A DNA stretch of 64,000 nt from Acidimicrobiia bacterium. Its GTDB lineage: Bacteria > Actinomycetota > Acidimicrobiia > Spongiisociales > ZC4RG35. Both the position numbers and the translations under genes were made by a program. A model generated the notes under the pieces. The model worked only from the letters and a program-made list of their open reading frames with translations, ran no database searches and was not told where the DNA came from. Below are positions 19,810 through 30,130 of this stretch, piece by piece; the first letter of the stretch is position 1; each line of letters begins with the position of its first letter. Location: NCBI GenBank assembly GCA_965203555.1, contig CBDBCY010000004.1, positions 1,600,001 through 1,664,000 of the forward strand. Reading direction: 5' to 3'.

Positions 19810-20892
19810 ATGCCTGGACGACTGCTACTTACACTGATTGCGGCCGTGGCATTGCTGACGGCCGCGGCTTGCGGCGGGGAAACCGACGACAGCGCAACCA
19901 CGGTGGCCACCACCGTAATGGCCGAGACCACAACCACGACCTCCGCACCCCCAACGACCGAAGACCACGAGGACGAAGCCGACGACCACCACGAGGACGA
20001 AGCCGCGGATGCAGCGACGCCTGACCAGCCCATTGCTGTCGAGGACGCTACCGGTGAGTTGGTCACGCTGGAGGCGCCGGCGGTCCGGGTCGTCTGCCTC
20101 ACCGGACTCTGCGTCGATACGATGTTCGTGCTCGGGGTCAAGCCGGTGGCTGCCAATGACTTGCTCCACCGGGATCCCGCCTACTGGGGACCGGAGGAGA
20201 GTGAAATCGGACCCGTCAGCGGTTCGTTCTTCGAGCCAAGCCTGGAAGACATCGCGGTGGCGAACCCCGACATAGTCATCGGGCTCGGCGGGGTTCATGA
20301 CGGCCTGCGCGCCGGCCTTGAGAGCATCGCACCACTGTTCATCGTCAACCCGATCGGCGTCGACGGGATGCTCGCGCATGTCGCGGAGGTCGGCACCCTT
20401 CTCGGCATGGAAGAGGAGGCCGAGCACGCAGTGACGGAATTCGCATCCCGGCTTGAGGAATATGTTGCGGGAGTTACCGCCAAGAGGTCTGTGATGGTGG
20501 TGTACGGGTCCGATGTCAATATCGGGGCCGATACGGTGTGCACACCGGCGGTTGATGCGGTGGCTCATGCAACGGTATATCCCCCGGAGTTCTCCGGATG
20601 TGATGTCCACCAGCCGTTCCCGAGCTTCTCGGTGGAGCAGTTGCTGGGTATCGATCCCGATGTCATCTTCGTCCAGACGTACGGATTCGGCCCAACACCC
20701 CCGGAGCCGGTGTCCGAGCAACTCGTTGACCATGTGATCTGGAGGGAGCTGGCGGCGGTGCAGAACGGCGAGGTATACGAGGTGGACTTCTTTATCTGGG
20801 GCACCTCCCGAGGTATTAACGGCACGAACTTCGTGCTTGACGAGGCGATGCCGAAGATCTACCCGGAGGTATTCCCGGCACCTCTGCCTTGA
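19810..20892 (+). CDS. Iron-siderophore/metal-chelate ABC substrate-binding lipoprotein (FecB/FhuD family)
   Basis: Lipobox AAAC, Thr-rich linker, EPSLEDIAVANPDIVI, SVEQLLGIDPDVIF, WRELAAVQNGEVY; ATG after GGAGG. Confidence 0.88.
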   Translation: MPGRLLLTLIAAVALLTAAACGGETDDSATTVATTVMAETTTTTSAPPTTEDHEDEADDHHEDEAADAATPDQPIAVEDATGELVTLEAPAVRVVCLTGLCVDTMFVLGVKPVAANDLLHRDPAYWGPEESEIGPVSGSFFEPSLEDIAVANPDIVIGLGGVHDGLRAGLESIAPLFIVNPIGVDGMLAHVAEVGTLLGMEEEAEHAVTEFASRLEEYVAGVTAKRSVMVVYGSDVNIGADTVCTPAVDAVAHATVYPPEFSGCDVHQPFPSFSVEQLLGIDPDVIFVQTYGFGPTPPEPVSEQLVDHVIWRELAAVQNGEVYEVDFFIWGTSRGINGTNFVLDEAMPKIYPEVFPAPLP

Positions 20893-21929
20893 GCACACAC
20901 CCGGGCCAGGCGGCGACACCGGGCCGACCCTGGTTCCTGGTGATCGTCGCCGCAGCGATACTGGTGGCGCTCGCCGCCCTTGCCGTAGTACACCTGAGCA
21001 CGGTTGAGCCGAGGGTGGCGCCCGGGCAACTGCCCGGCATCCTGTTGGGCGAGTCCGGCGACCGGATCGAACGGCTCGTGGTCCGCGAGTTGGGGTTGCC
21101 GCGGCTGATCCTGGCGCTTTTGTCCGGCGCGGCGCTCGGGCTCTCCGGGGCCATCCTTCAGGTCGTCCTCAGGAACCCGCTGGCCTCGCCGGGTCTGCTC
21201 GGCGTGTCGGCCGGAGCATCACTGGCAATGGCGATCATCCTGCTGCTGAACGCACCGGTGCTGTTCGCGCTTCATCCCGTCGTGGCTCTGGCCGGGGGGC
21301 TCGGCGGCGGACTGATCGTCCTGGTGGCGTCCCGGGGAGCGCGAACCCCGGTGGAGGCGGCGCTGACCGGCGTCGCGGTTGCGGCGCTCCTCAATGGGAT
21401 CATCCTGGCGGTGATCGGCCTCGCCGCCTCATCCGGCGCGGTGCGGGTCTTCTTCCTCTTCACGGTCGGCAACCTATCGGGAAGGACCTGGGATCATGTC
21501 CAGCTGGTGTGGCCCTGGGTCCTGGCGGGGGTTCCCGCAGCCTTCATCCTCGCGCGAGGCGCCAATGTGCTCCAGTTGGACGAGGATGTCACCTCGTCGC
21601 TGGGGATGCAGGCCAAACGCATGCGCATGCTCTTCATCACCCTGGCGGCGTTGCTCGTCGGGAGCATTGTGGCCGTCGCCGGGCCCATCGCCTGGGTGGG
21701 GCTCCTGACGCCACACATCGCTCGCCTGATCGTCCCACGGTCGGATGCGAGGCTTCTCTTTCCGGTGTCCACGCTGATCGGAGCGCTCCTGTTACTGGCC
21801 TCCGACGTGCTTGCCAAGGTAGTCATCTATCCGGGCGAGATTCCGGTGGGGCTGTGCACGACCCTCCTGGCCGCCCCGCTGATTCTCCTGCTCCTCCGCC
21901 GTTCAAACCTGGGACTGAGCCGCTCGTGA
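20889..21929 (+). CDS. FecCD-family ABC permease
   Basis: LPRLILA, LQVVLRNPLASPGLLGVSAGA, GPIAWVGLLTPH, EIPVG. Confidence 0.92.
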   Translation: MSTHPGQAATPGRPWFLVIVAAAILVALAALAVVHLSTVEPRVAPGQLPGILLGESGDRIERLVVRELGLPRLILALLSGAALGLSGAILQVVLRNPLASPGLLGVSAGASLAMAIILLLNAPVLFALHPVVALAGGLGGGLIVLVASRGARTPVEAALTGVAVAALLNGIILAVIGLAASSGAVRVFFLFTVGNLSGRTWDHVQLVWPWVLAGVPAAFILARGANVLQLDEDVTSSLGMQAKRMRMLFITLAALLVGSIVAVAGPIAWVGLLTPHIARLIVPRSDARLLFPVSTLIGALLLLASDVLAKVVIYPGEIPVGLCTTLLAAPLILLLLRRSNLGLSRS

Positions 21930-22951
21930 CTTCGACGCGCTCGTTCGTGGCCCTCCTGGTGCTCACCGGCATGGCGGCTGTTGCGCTCTTCATCCTCCAC
22001 CTCGGCCTGGGCACCGTCTGGATCCCACCGGATCGGGTCATCGGCGTCCTGGTGGACGGACTGGCGGATTCCACGGATCGGACGATCGTGTGGGACCTGC
22101 GGATGCCTCGGGCGATTCTCGGGCTCCTGGTGGGTGGCATGCTGGGCCTTTCGGGGGCGTTGCTGCAGGTCGTCATGCGCAATCGTCTCGCCGAGCCCGG
22201 ACTCACCGGCGTCTCCACGGGGGGTATCCTGGCGGCGGTGCTGTTCCTGGCGGGCATCTGGGGACTGCCACAACCCGGCCGCCTGCTTCCTTTCGTGGTG
22301 CTCGTGGGGGCCCTGGCGGGGGGCATACTGGTGCTCTTGGTGACTTCGCGGCGCGGACGCATCGATCCCTTGCGAATGATCCTTACGGCAGTAGTCGTCA
22401 ACGCCATCCTCGGATCGCTGACTGCGATCGTCATGCTGCGCTCCAATTATGCGCTGGGAAACATCCTCTCCTGGCTCATCGGGTCGCTGCATGGCCGGGT
22501 CTGGGATGATGTCTGGCTGGCGCTGCCGTGGGCTGCCGTCGCCATCCCCGCGGGATTGCTGGCTGCCCGCGCCGCCAACATCCTTCAGCTTGACGACGAA
22601 TCCGGCCGCGCTCTGGGCCTGCCGTTGCAGCCTGCCCGGGTGGCGCTGTTCGGGCTGGCCGGGGTCCTGGCCGCCGGAGCTGTGACTGTATCCGGCGCCA
22701 TCCCATTCGTCGGCCTGATGGCCCCGAACGCGGCGCGGGCGGTCGTCGGCGCCGACGCCCGTCGTGTCCTGCCCCTGGCCGCTCTCATCGGCTGCCTGCT
22801 CCTGTTGGCGGCCGACCTCGTTGCCCAATCATTTTCCATCAAGCCGCCGATCCCCTCCTCGGCCTACCGGGTGGGCCTTCCCGTCGGCGCAGTACTGGCC
22901 ATCTTCGGGGCGCCACTGCTCATCATCCTGATTCGGCGGAGCACGAGATGA
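21926..22951 (+). CDS. FecCD-family ABC permease (second subunit)
   Basis: GTG overlaps the previous stop; DLRMPRA, LQVVMRNRLAEP, GAIPFVGLMAP. Confidence 0.9.
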   Translation: MTSTRSFVALLVLTGMAAVALFILHLGLGTVWIPPDRVIGVLVDGLADSTDRTIVWDLRMPRAILGLLVGGMLGLSGALLQVVMRNRLAEPGLTGVSTGGILAAVLFLAGIWGLPQPGRLLPFVVLVGALAGGILVLLVTSRRGRIDPLRMILTAVVVNAILGSLTAIVMLRSNYALGNILSWLIGSLHGRVWDDVWLALPWAAVAIPAGLLAARAANILQLDDESGRALGLPLQPARVALFGLAGVLAAGAVTVSGAIPFVGLMAPNAARAVVGADARRVLPLAALIGCLLLLAADLVAQSFSIKPPIPSSAYRVGLPVGAVLAIFGAPLLIILIRRSTR

Positions 22952-23745
22952 ACGACATCGAACCGATCAGGCTGGAACAGGTCAGCGCCGGCTATGGGCA
23001 GCGCATCGTGCTCGAGGGTCTCGACTTGGGGCTCCAACAGGGGGCTATCACCGCCATCGTCGGGCCGAACGGGTCGGGGAAATCCACGGTGATCCGGACA
23101 ATGGCCCGGCTGCTCCCGGCGCGAAGCGGCGTCGTGCTCCTCGACGGGCGAGACATCCGGAACTTCGGATCTCGCGATGTCGCCCGCCTGGTCTCCGTTC
23201 TTCCCCAATCTCCATCGAGCCCGCCAGGGCTGACGGTTCGCGAACTCGTCGAGTTGGGTCGCTTTCCCCATACCGGGCTGTTCGGACGACTCGGCGCCGA
23301 GGGCAGACGCGCCGTGGAGTCTGCGCTCACCCTCACGGGTCTGGGCAGTTTCGCGGAGCGACCCCTGGACGAACTCTCCGGGGGCGAACGCCAGCGCGCC
23401 TGGATCGCGCTCGCTCTCGCTCAGGGCGCAAGCACTCTACTTCTGGACGAGCCGACCACATTTCTTGATGTCCGGCATCAGTTCGAGGTCCTGGACCTCG
23501 TTGCATCCCTCTGCGCGAGCGGCGGTATGACGGTCGTAATGGTGCTGCACGACCTCTTGCATGCCGCCAACTACGCCGACCGGGTGGTGGTGGTGGACGG
23601 TGGCCGAATCGTGGCGGACGATGCGCCTTCCGCGGTGCTCACCGTCGAGCTGATGCGGTCGGTGTTCGGCGTGGCGGCAAGGATCTTCACCGACCCCGAA
23701 TCCGGCCGGATGATCTGCCTGCCGATCGGTCCCGGCGGGGGTTGA
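22948..23745 (+). CDS. FecE-type ABC ATP-binding protein
   Basis: GPNGSGKST, LSGGERQRAWIALAL, LLDEPTTFLD. Confidence 0.93.
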   Translation: MNDIEPIRLEQVSAGYGQRIVLEGLDLGLQQGAITAIVGPNGSGKSTVIRTMARLLPARSGVVLLDGRDIRNFGSRDVARLVSVLPQSPSSPPGLTVRELVELGRFPHTGLFGRLGAEGRRAVESALTLTGLGSFAERPLDELSGGERQRAWIALALAQGASTLLLDEPTTFLDVRHQFEVLDLVASLCASGGMTVVMVLHDLLHAANYADRVVVVDGGRIVADDAPSAVLTVELMRSVFGVAARIFTDPESGRMICLPIGPGGG

Positions 23746-23877
23746 TCTCCGGTTCCGGCCGGCTACCGCGGCCGCCCTTTGGCGGTGCAGGTTCTGCAGG
23801 AAAGTGCTGCGGTGGGACGGACCCCACCCTCCCGGCAGAACGAGACCGCTATTCCACCCTGCCGCTACCGCCACCGG

Positions 23878-24960
23878 TCACGACTGCCGGGCACCGCCAC
23901 GCCCGGTGGCCAGATGACGAACGACCGCCAAGGTCGCGATCAAGCCTACGATGGCTATTCCCAGCAGGATGGTCCCGGCCGTGGAAGCCGCCCGATCCGA
24001 CTGATCCGCTTCAGATGCTGCGTTCCGTTGAATCTCCTCGACGAGTCCGTCGATTTCCGCACCGAGCCTGTCCAGTATCTGTTGATTGAGGGCGATCAAC
24101 TCCCGCTCGGCCACCGCCAGGGACAGTCTCGCTCTAATCTCATCAAAATAATTGATCGGGTCGGGGCCCGTCTGGAACAACTGTTCGGCAAGAGGAATGA
24201 CCGATTCATCAATCTCCGGTCCGCCTTCAGCCGAAAGGAATTCCATGCTCAGTCTGGCCCGGTGCCGCTCGGAATCGAACGCCTCTTCCAGGCTGGTGAC
24301 CAGGGTCGGATCCGTCATCCTGCTGGCGGATTGCAGAACCAGATACCCATTGGTGGTGGCAGAAGCCAGGGTGTTGAAGTGACGGAAGCGTAATACTTCC
24401 AGGTTGTTGAGGCTGTCCGCTTCCGTATCCCGGAACTCGCTCCTGCCGGTCATCATGTAATAGGTCTGGTTGTCCACGCTATTGGTGAGGGCGAGGGTGA
24501 GGTTCCTGGAGGCGGCGTCTCTCAGTTCCACGCGTTTCGCCTCCCCGGCCAGAATCGCCCTCAACAATTCAGGCCGTCCCGCCTCGATTAGATCGACATT
24601 GGAGGTCAGGAGGCCAACCTGCTCTGCCAGGTTCTCCACCCTGGCCGCATAATCCCCACCGGCCAGAATTGACATCTGCTCATCCAGTTCGGCCTCGTGT
24701 TCGGCTATGGCGGCCCTGCCCGCAATCACGCTGTCTCTCGTCATACCAAGGTTGCTCTCCACCGCTCCCAGCAAAGCCAGGGCGTCGGCGTGGCGAGCGA
24801 CCCCCAGAACAGCACTCAAAGCCTGGGTATCGCCATTGCTTTGGTCCTGACCCTGCAAGCCCCCCACAATCCGCCATCCAACCGCCGATGATGCAGTAAT
24901 GAGTATCAGGGCAGCTGCTACGGCTATCACCAACGGGGCGCGACCGGTCCGGGCCATCAT
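23878..24960 (-). CDS. Two-TM protein with a large helical extracytoplasmic domain (sensor-like, no cytoplasmic output domain)
   Basis: N- and C-terminal TM helices flank ~290 aa of heptad-rich helical sequence; only ~14 aa follow TM2; overlaps the SBP stop. Confidence 0.6.
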   Translation of the reverse strand: MMARTGRAPLVIAVAAALILITASSAVGWRIVGGLQGQDQSNGDTQALSAVLGVARHADALALLGAVESNLGMTRDSVIAGRAAIAEHEAELDEQMSILAGGDYAARVENLAEQVGLLTSNVDLIEAGRPELLRAILAGEAKRVELRDAASRNLTLALTNSVDNQTYYMMTGRSEFRDTEADSLNNLEVLRFRHFNTLASATTNGYLVLQSASRMTDPTLVTSLEEAFDSERHRARLSMEFLSAEGGPEIDESVIPLAEQLFQTGPDPINYFDEIRARLSLAVAERELIALNQQILDRLGAEIDGLVEEIQRNAASEADQSDRAASTAGTILLGIAIVGLIATLAVVRHLATGRGGARQS

Positions 24961-26222
24961 GGCGTTCCTCCTAAACGTTCAACCTGATGAAATCTCCCAT
25001 CATCACCGATAACCGTCACAAATACGGCATCGGATCCCTGATTGTCGTCGGGGCCGTATAAGAGCTCCCACCCATCAATGTCAATAGTCCCGGCATCCCG
25101 AACTGCGCTGAGGAAGCAGGCCCGGCTGAGATCGGCGCCGCAACTCCTGAGACCTTCGATAGCCAGCCGTCCGGCCAGGTATCCCTCCAGGGAACCGAAG
25201 CCAGGTACCGCGTCGGCTTGGTACGCCTTCAGTGCCTTCTGATAGGCCGCCACCACGGGCACACCCCCATCCTCGGGGAGAGGAACGACTTGAGTGATGT
25301 AAACGCCGACGCCTTCCGGCCCCAACTCTTCCGCCATAGCTCTGCTGCCCACGAAGGAGACGGACATGAACACCGGGTCGATATCCTGGCGGACCATCCT
25401 GATTGCCTTGGCAACCGGAGAGTACGCTCCGATCATGATGATCGCCTCGGGATCATGTTGCACGATGTGCAGTACCCCGGTCTTGACGGCGGTCGTGTTG
25501 CGCCGGTAATACCAGGATGCCACGGGCTCCAGACCTCGGCGTTCCAAGGCGAGACGCGTTCCCTCGAGTCCGTCCTGCCCGTAGGAGTCGTTCTGGTACA
25601 GGACCGCCACTCTGGTAATACCCAGATCTTCGGTGAGGCGCTCCACCATTTCCTCGGTCTCCTGGTGGTAGGAGGCGCGCACATTCAGGACATTGGCCAG
25701 GCCAGGATCACGAAGGAAAGCCGCACCTGTGAAGGGACCGACAAAAGGCACCCCCTCCGCATTGGCCAGCGGCGAGACGGAACGGGAAGTAGGCGTACCG
25801 ACTTCCCCGATCAGGGCGAAGACCCCTTCGCGGTTGATGAGGCGCCAGGTGTTGGCGAAGGCGGAGTCCGGCTCATAGCCGTCGTCCAGTGTTACAAGAT
25901 CCAGCATCCGCCCGTGAACTCCGCCGGCTTGGTTCTGCTCCTGGAACGCCGCCTGGATACCGAGCCGCATTTCCTTGCCAAGTTCCGCCGCCGGCCCGCT
26001 GAACGCGGCGGATTGTCCGAACAAGATCCGACTGTCGGTGATGCCGGGGTCGCTCAGCTCGGCCTCAGCCAACGCTTCTTGAGATTCTCCGGAACTCTCA
26101 GGGGGAGGCGCGGTACCTTCATCCGACCCCTGGCACCCGGCGAGAAACGCCATCAAACCCACAGACAGCACAACCGCTTTGAGCAACAGACGCAACGACA
26201 ACCGGTGCCTGGTGTCGGCCAT
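24957..26222 (-). CDS. Type I periplasmic-binding-fold lipoprotein (Leu/Ile/Val-binding-like family), no adjacent transporter
   Basis: Lipobox FLAGC, FGQSAAFSGPAAELG, GGVHGR..LDDGYEP, LIGEVGTPTS, NVRASYHQE, EGYLAG; start at 26222 chosen for the signal peptide. Confidence 0.88.
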   Translation of the reverse strand: MADTRHRLSLRLLLKAVVLSVGLMAFLAGCQGSDEGTAPPPESSGESQEALAEAELSDPGITDSRILFGQSAAFSGPAAELGKEMRLGIQAAFQEQNQAGGVHGRMLDLVTLDDGYEPDSAFANTWRLINREGVFALIGEVGTPTSRSVSPLANAEGVPFVGPFTGAAFLRDPGLANVLNVRASYHQETEEMVERLTEDLGITRVAVLYQNDSYGQDGLEGTRLALERRGLEPVASWYYRRNTTAVKTGVLHIVQHDPEAIIMIGAYSPVAKAIRMVRQDIDPVFMSVSFVGSRAMAEELGPEGVGVYITQVVPLPEDGGVPVVAAYQKALKAYQADAVPGFGSLEGYLAGRLAIEGLRSCGADLSRACFLSAVRDAGTIDIDGWELLYGPDDNQGSDAVFVTVIGDDGRFHQVERLGGTP

Positions 26223-26937
26223 AGCCGATCGGGCACCCGTGTGCATACCGGATCCCTGGTATAAGTGAAACAGTCGCTTCAACGTTGACCCTGCCTTTCG
26301 TCTTTCGGAGCGCCCCATCCGTCGCCCGCCCCGGCCGATCCGGCGCACACACTCGCGGTGGGCGCTCTCCAGGCCGGTGAGGCCATCGCCGCGGTGGTTT
26401 CCGTGGGCGGTCGTGTTCGGTTCAGGCCTTGTCCTCATTTGGTATAGGTTTAACCTCTCATCAATAATCATATAGTAGCTAAGTATTCTCAAAACGTGGA
26501 GTATTCTCGAAACACCCCGCCGAGGTGCGGGTTCAGAGGACGTCGCCAACAGCCCTCCACCCGCCCACAACCACTCGACGTATGCAACGGGTCATTGTTT
26601 CTCTCAAGGGGTGGGAATACCGGCCAAGCTCACCGCGACGGCGCAGGGGTAGCACCGGCTTTACCGGTCCTGTCCAAATCGCGCTTCCCCATGTGGCGTC
26701 GCCTCTTTTTGAATGTGGACCCCACCTGGCAATCCCCGCAGGGGGGCAGTTCAGAGGTGGGGCTTCCACCCGTCCCCGGCGGTGTCACCGCAGTCGGCTC
26801 AGCGGCCATCGGCGGTGCTTTTCGTCCGGTCTGATCTCAATCAACCCGGCAGGCGCTAGCGACGCCAACCGCCTCAGGAGGGCGCCCGCCGACCCGGAAA
26901 GGCCTGCGTTCACAGATCGTCCGGTTCAACCCAGGGC

Positions 26938-27621
26938 TCAGAAGGGAAGACCGACCGCGGTTGTCAGGAACTTCACGTAAGGGACGGCTTGGCGGCAGAC
27001 ATCGGCAAATCCCTCCAGGAAACCGGGCGATGTCGCCTCCTGCTCATCGAACTCGACCCAGGCGATGTGATCCTTGCGCTTGAGATCATCGATTCGGGGG
27101 TGGTTCGCATCGAAGCCTCTCGGCGAGCGTTTCAGGGAGTCTCCGATCACAGAGAACACGCTCAGAAACTCCGGTTCCTTTGAAGCTTGTTCCCATCTGT
27201 CCGGATCATCGACGATGGCGGTTCGGATCTTGAGCAGCGCGGGGCCGCCGGGCCGCCACAGGCCGACACCCGCCCCCACCTCCCCGGGCGCCAGGTGGAG
27301 ATAGAAGCCGGGCGCATGCGCCGTCCTGCCGGCCTCATGCCGGAAATGGGCGGCGGCCTGGGTCTTGTAGGGACTCTTGTCCTTGCTGAACCGCAGGTCA
27401 CGATAGATGCGGAACATCGATCCGCCGTTGGAGCGAGAGTCCGCGACGAAGTGCTCACTGATGGAATGCAACAACGGCCCGAAGTCTTCAATGAAGCCGA
27501 GCATCGGCTCCTTGACATGCTGCTCGTAGCGGTCTCTGTTGACCTTGAACCATTCACGATCATTGTTGGCTCGCAGGTCCAGCAGAAACTCGAACAGGTC
27601 CGGTGTGAAATGGGTTTTCAT
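26938..27621 (-). CDS. DUF2461 family protein
   Basis: FLLDLRANNDREWFK, FRIYRDLRFSKDKSPYKT, GFYLHL, LKRSPRGFDANHP. Confidence 0.88.
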   Translation of the reverse strand: MKTHFTPDLFEFLLDLRANNDREWFKVNRDRYEQHVKEPMLGFIEDFGPLLHSISEHFVADSRSNGGSMFRIYRDLRFSKDKSPYKTQAAAHFRHEAGRTAHAPGFYLHLAPGEVGAGVGLWRPGGPALLKIRTAIVDDPDRWEQASKEPEFLSVFSVIGDSLKRSPRGFDANHPRIDDLKRKDHIAWVEFDEQEATSPGFLEGFADVCRQAVPYVKFLTTAVGLPF

Positions 27622-27830
27622 GATCATCGCCCTCATTTCATCGGCGGCGGCAATAGGAAAGTTGCGGGTGCGCCTTCGTCTGACCGAATATCGAACTCTA
27701 CCTGTTGGCAGGACGATCCCGGTTGCCGGCCCTTGCCGCGTTTGCCGATGAAGGAACCTGCCTGCTGGGGTGAACCCCCAGGTAAGGGAAGTGCGATGTT
27801 TCGACAATCGCCATAACCTACTATCGAGAA

Positions 27831-28817
27831 GTGACCTCTTATCGCACCCAACCGACCCGGTCCCGCGGCAAGTGGTGGCTTCTCGCCCTCGTACTGGTGC
27901 TGGTGCTGGGGTGGGCATTCAATTCGCTTCTCAACACCACACGAGCCGAGACCACCCTTGCCGAGGAGCTTCGCAGCCACACGATCACCTTGGATCGAGC
28001 GGCTCGGTCATTCGTCAGGCTGATCGAACAAATCGACACCATGGACCGTTCCGAGCTTGCTTCCACTATCACCCAGTCCAGGGACTCTCTTGCTGCGGTG
28101 GACGCCGCATTGGATCAGGCGACCGACTCCGCCAGCAGCCTGATCGGTCTCTTCGGCGCCTCTCTCGATCTGTGGGACCAGGGTCTGGCCGACTTTGAGG
28201 AGGCCTTCCTGTCGGCGGTCGACGATCCGTTCAACTACGTAGTGGAGGAACAACTGATCGCCTCGTTGGTGAGCATTCGCAGCGGCGACCGCATATTTCA
28301 GGCTTTCCTGGAGGAAACCGCCGCAGATCCCGACATCCAGACCTTCTCCGACTTCCGGACGGTGGTCTTCCTGCCTGCGCAGTACCCGGTGGTGGACACC
28401 GCCGAGTTCCTAACCACCTACGCGCGTCTGTCCCGGCCATCACTGGAGTTCAATACGGACTTGGCCATAGAGCAGATCACGTCCCATCCAGAATGGATCT
28501 CCGACCTGGAGGGCCGTCCGGTCGTCGTTCCCACCGACAGTTTCGACCTGTTGGTAGTGGTGGCCAATCGGGGCAACGTGGAGATAACGGCTGAAACTTC
28601 TCTGGAGTTGGGCATCTGGCCACCGGGCGGGGCCATCCGGACCCGGGTCCTTGACGTGCCGCCTCTGCAGCCCGGAGAAAAGACCACGGTTACGTTCTAC
28701 GAACTGGCGGTGACCCCCGGAACTTCCTATCAGGTGGAGGTGCGTCTGAGTTATGTGGAAGGAGATCAAACCCCCGATGACAACAGTTACGGATTCACCC
28801 TGCAGGTTGGCGGCTGA
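27831..28817 (+). CDS. Membrane-anchored hypothetical protein with C-terminal Ig/CARDB-like domain
   Basis: N-terminal TM, helical middle, then VVVANRGNV...LQPGEKTTVTF...DDNS. Confidence 0.65.
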   Translation: MTSYRTQPTRSRGKWWLLALVLVLVLGWAFNSLLNTTRAETTLAEELRSHTITLDRAARSFVRLIEQIDTMDRSELASTITQSRDSLAAVDAALDQATDSASSLIGLFGASLDLWDQGLADFEEAFLSAVDDPFNYVVEEQLIASLVSIRSGDRIFQAFLEETAADPDIQTFSDFRTVVFLPAQYPVVDTAEFLTTYARLSRPSLEFNTDLAIEQITSHPEWISDLEGRPVVVPTDSFDLLVVVANRGNVEITAETSLELGIWPPGGAIRTRVLDVPPLQPGEKTTVTFYELAVTPGTSYQVEVRLSYVEGDQTPDDNSYGFTLQVGG

Positions 28818-28863
28818 GATCGCCGGACGGTGGAAGGCTCTCCGCCGGTAGCATCTTCTCGCA

Positions 28864-30123
28864 GTGCTTGACATTGCCCTGCTCCGCACCTGCCCCGAGG
28901 TGATCAACCGTTCCATGGAGCGGCGCGGGCTGGACATTCCCTTGAAAGACCTGGTGGGAATGGAGGCCCGGATCAGGCAGTCGCGCCACCAGGCCGATCA
29001 ACTCAGAGCGTCCCAGCGGTCCCTGGGCAAGAAGATCGCCACCCTGAAAGGGGACGAAAAGCGACAGGCCATCGTAGATGCCGGCGCTCTCTCCAGCCGG
29101 ATCAAGGATCTGAACTCGCAGGCAAGCGCTCTTTCCGAACAGTTCTATCAGCAGTGGCATACCCTTCCCAACCTGGTTGATCCGACTGCCGCCGACGGAC
29201 TTACCGATGAGGACTCCGAAGAGATCAAGCGGGTGGGCGAGATCCCCCGGTTCGACTTCGAACCCGCCGATCACGAGACACTGGGCGAGACACTGGACGT
29301 TATCGACACGAAGAGGGCCGCCAAGATGGCGGGATCACGATTCGGATACCTGAAGGGCAAGGCGGCGCTGTTGGAGTTTGCGCTCATCCAATGGTCCATG
29401 GACCATTTGGTGGAGGCCGGCCTGGTTCCCATGGTCACGCCGGTGCTGGTGAGGGAGATGGCCCTGTTCGGCACCGGTTTCTTTCCCGGGGACCGGCAAC
29501 AGGTGTACGAAGTCCCCGCCGACGACCTATTCCTAGCCGCCACGTCGGAGATCAGCTTGGCCGCCTATCACGCCGATGAGATCCTGAACCCCGATGATCT
29601 CCCCCTCCGCTACGCGGGGTTCTCCAGTTGTTTTCGGCGAGAAGCCGGAACCCACGGCAAGGACACCGGGGGGATCTTCCGGGTACACCAGTTCGACAAG
29701 GTGGAGATGTTCTCCTTCACCCGGCCGGAGGACTCGGCCACCGAGCACGAGCGAATCCTGGGGCTGGAGGAGAAGCTGGTCCGGGAACTGGAACTTCCCT
29801 ACCGGGTAGTGAACGTAGCGGCCGGGGACCTGGGCGCCTCCGCCGCCAAGAAGTACGACATCGAGGCCTGGTTTCCCTCCTGGAGCACCTACCGGGAGAT
29901 AACCTCCTGCTCCAACACCACCGACTATCAGGCCCGAAGGCTGCGGATCCGGACGAGAGAGCCGGGAGGCAACCGATTGGTCCATACATTGAACGGCACG
30001 GCGGTGGCCATCGGCAGGGTGATCATCGCAATGTTGGAGAACCACCAGCAAAGCGACGGTTCGGTGGTCATGCCCGAGGCGCTGCGGCCTTACCTGGGCT
30101 TCGACCGGATAGATCCCCCCTAG
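28864..30123 (+). CDS. serS: Serine-tRNA ligase
   Basis: N-terminal coiled coil, FLAATSE, CFRREAG..GIFRVHQFDKVEMF, EITSCSN, HTLNGTA. Confidence 0.98.
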   Translation: MLDIALLRTCPEVINRSMERRGLDIPLKDLVGMEARIRQSRHQADQLRASQRSLGKKIATLKGDEKRQAIVDAGALSSRIKDLNSQASALSEQFYQQWHTLPNLVDPTAADGLTDEDSEEIKRVGEIPRFDFEPADHETLGETLDVIDTKRAAKMAGSRFGYLKGKAALLEFALIQWSMDHLVEAGLVPMVTPVLVREMALFGTGFFPGDRQQVYEVPADDLFLAATSEISLAAYHADEILNPDDLPLRYAGFSSCFRREAGTHGKDTGGIFRVHQFDKVEMFSFTRPEDSATEHERILGLEEKLVRELELPYRVVNVAAGDLGASAAKKYDIEAWFPSWSTYREITSCSNTTDYQARRLRIRTREPGGNRLVHTLNGTAVAIGRVIIAMLENHQQSDGSVVMPEALRPYLGFDRIDPP

Positions 30124-30130
30124 GGACGGC

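Noticed and set aside
26223-26570. N-terminal extensions given by the ORF track (SBP here; also DUF2461, YihY, pstS)
   Set aside because: Extensions precede the signal peptide or family start and lack coding character; downstream starts were used.
26715-26765. Hairpin CCCCACCT..AGGTGGGG in the intergenic region as a riboswitch
   Set aside because: Single imperfect stem with no recognisable aptamer motifs.
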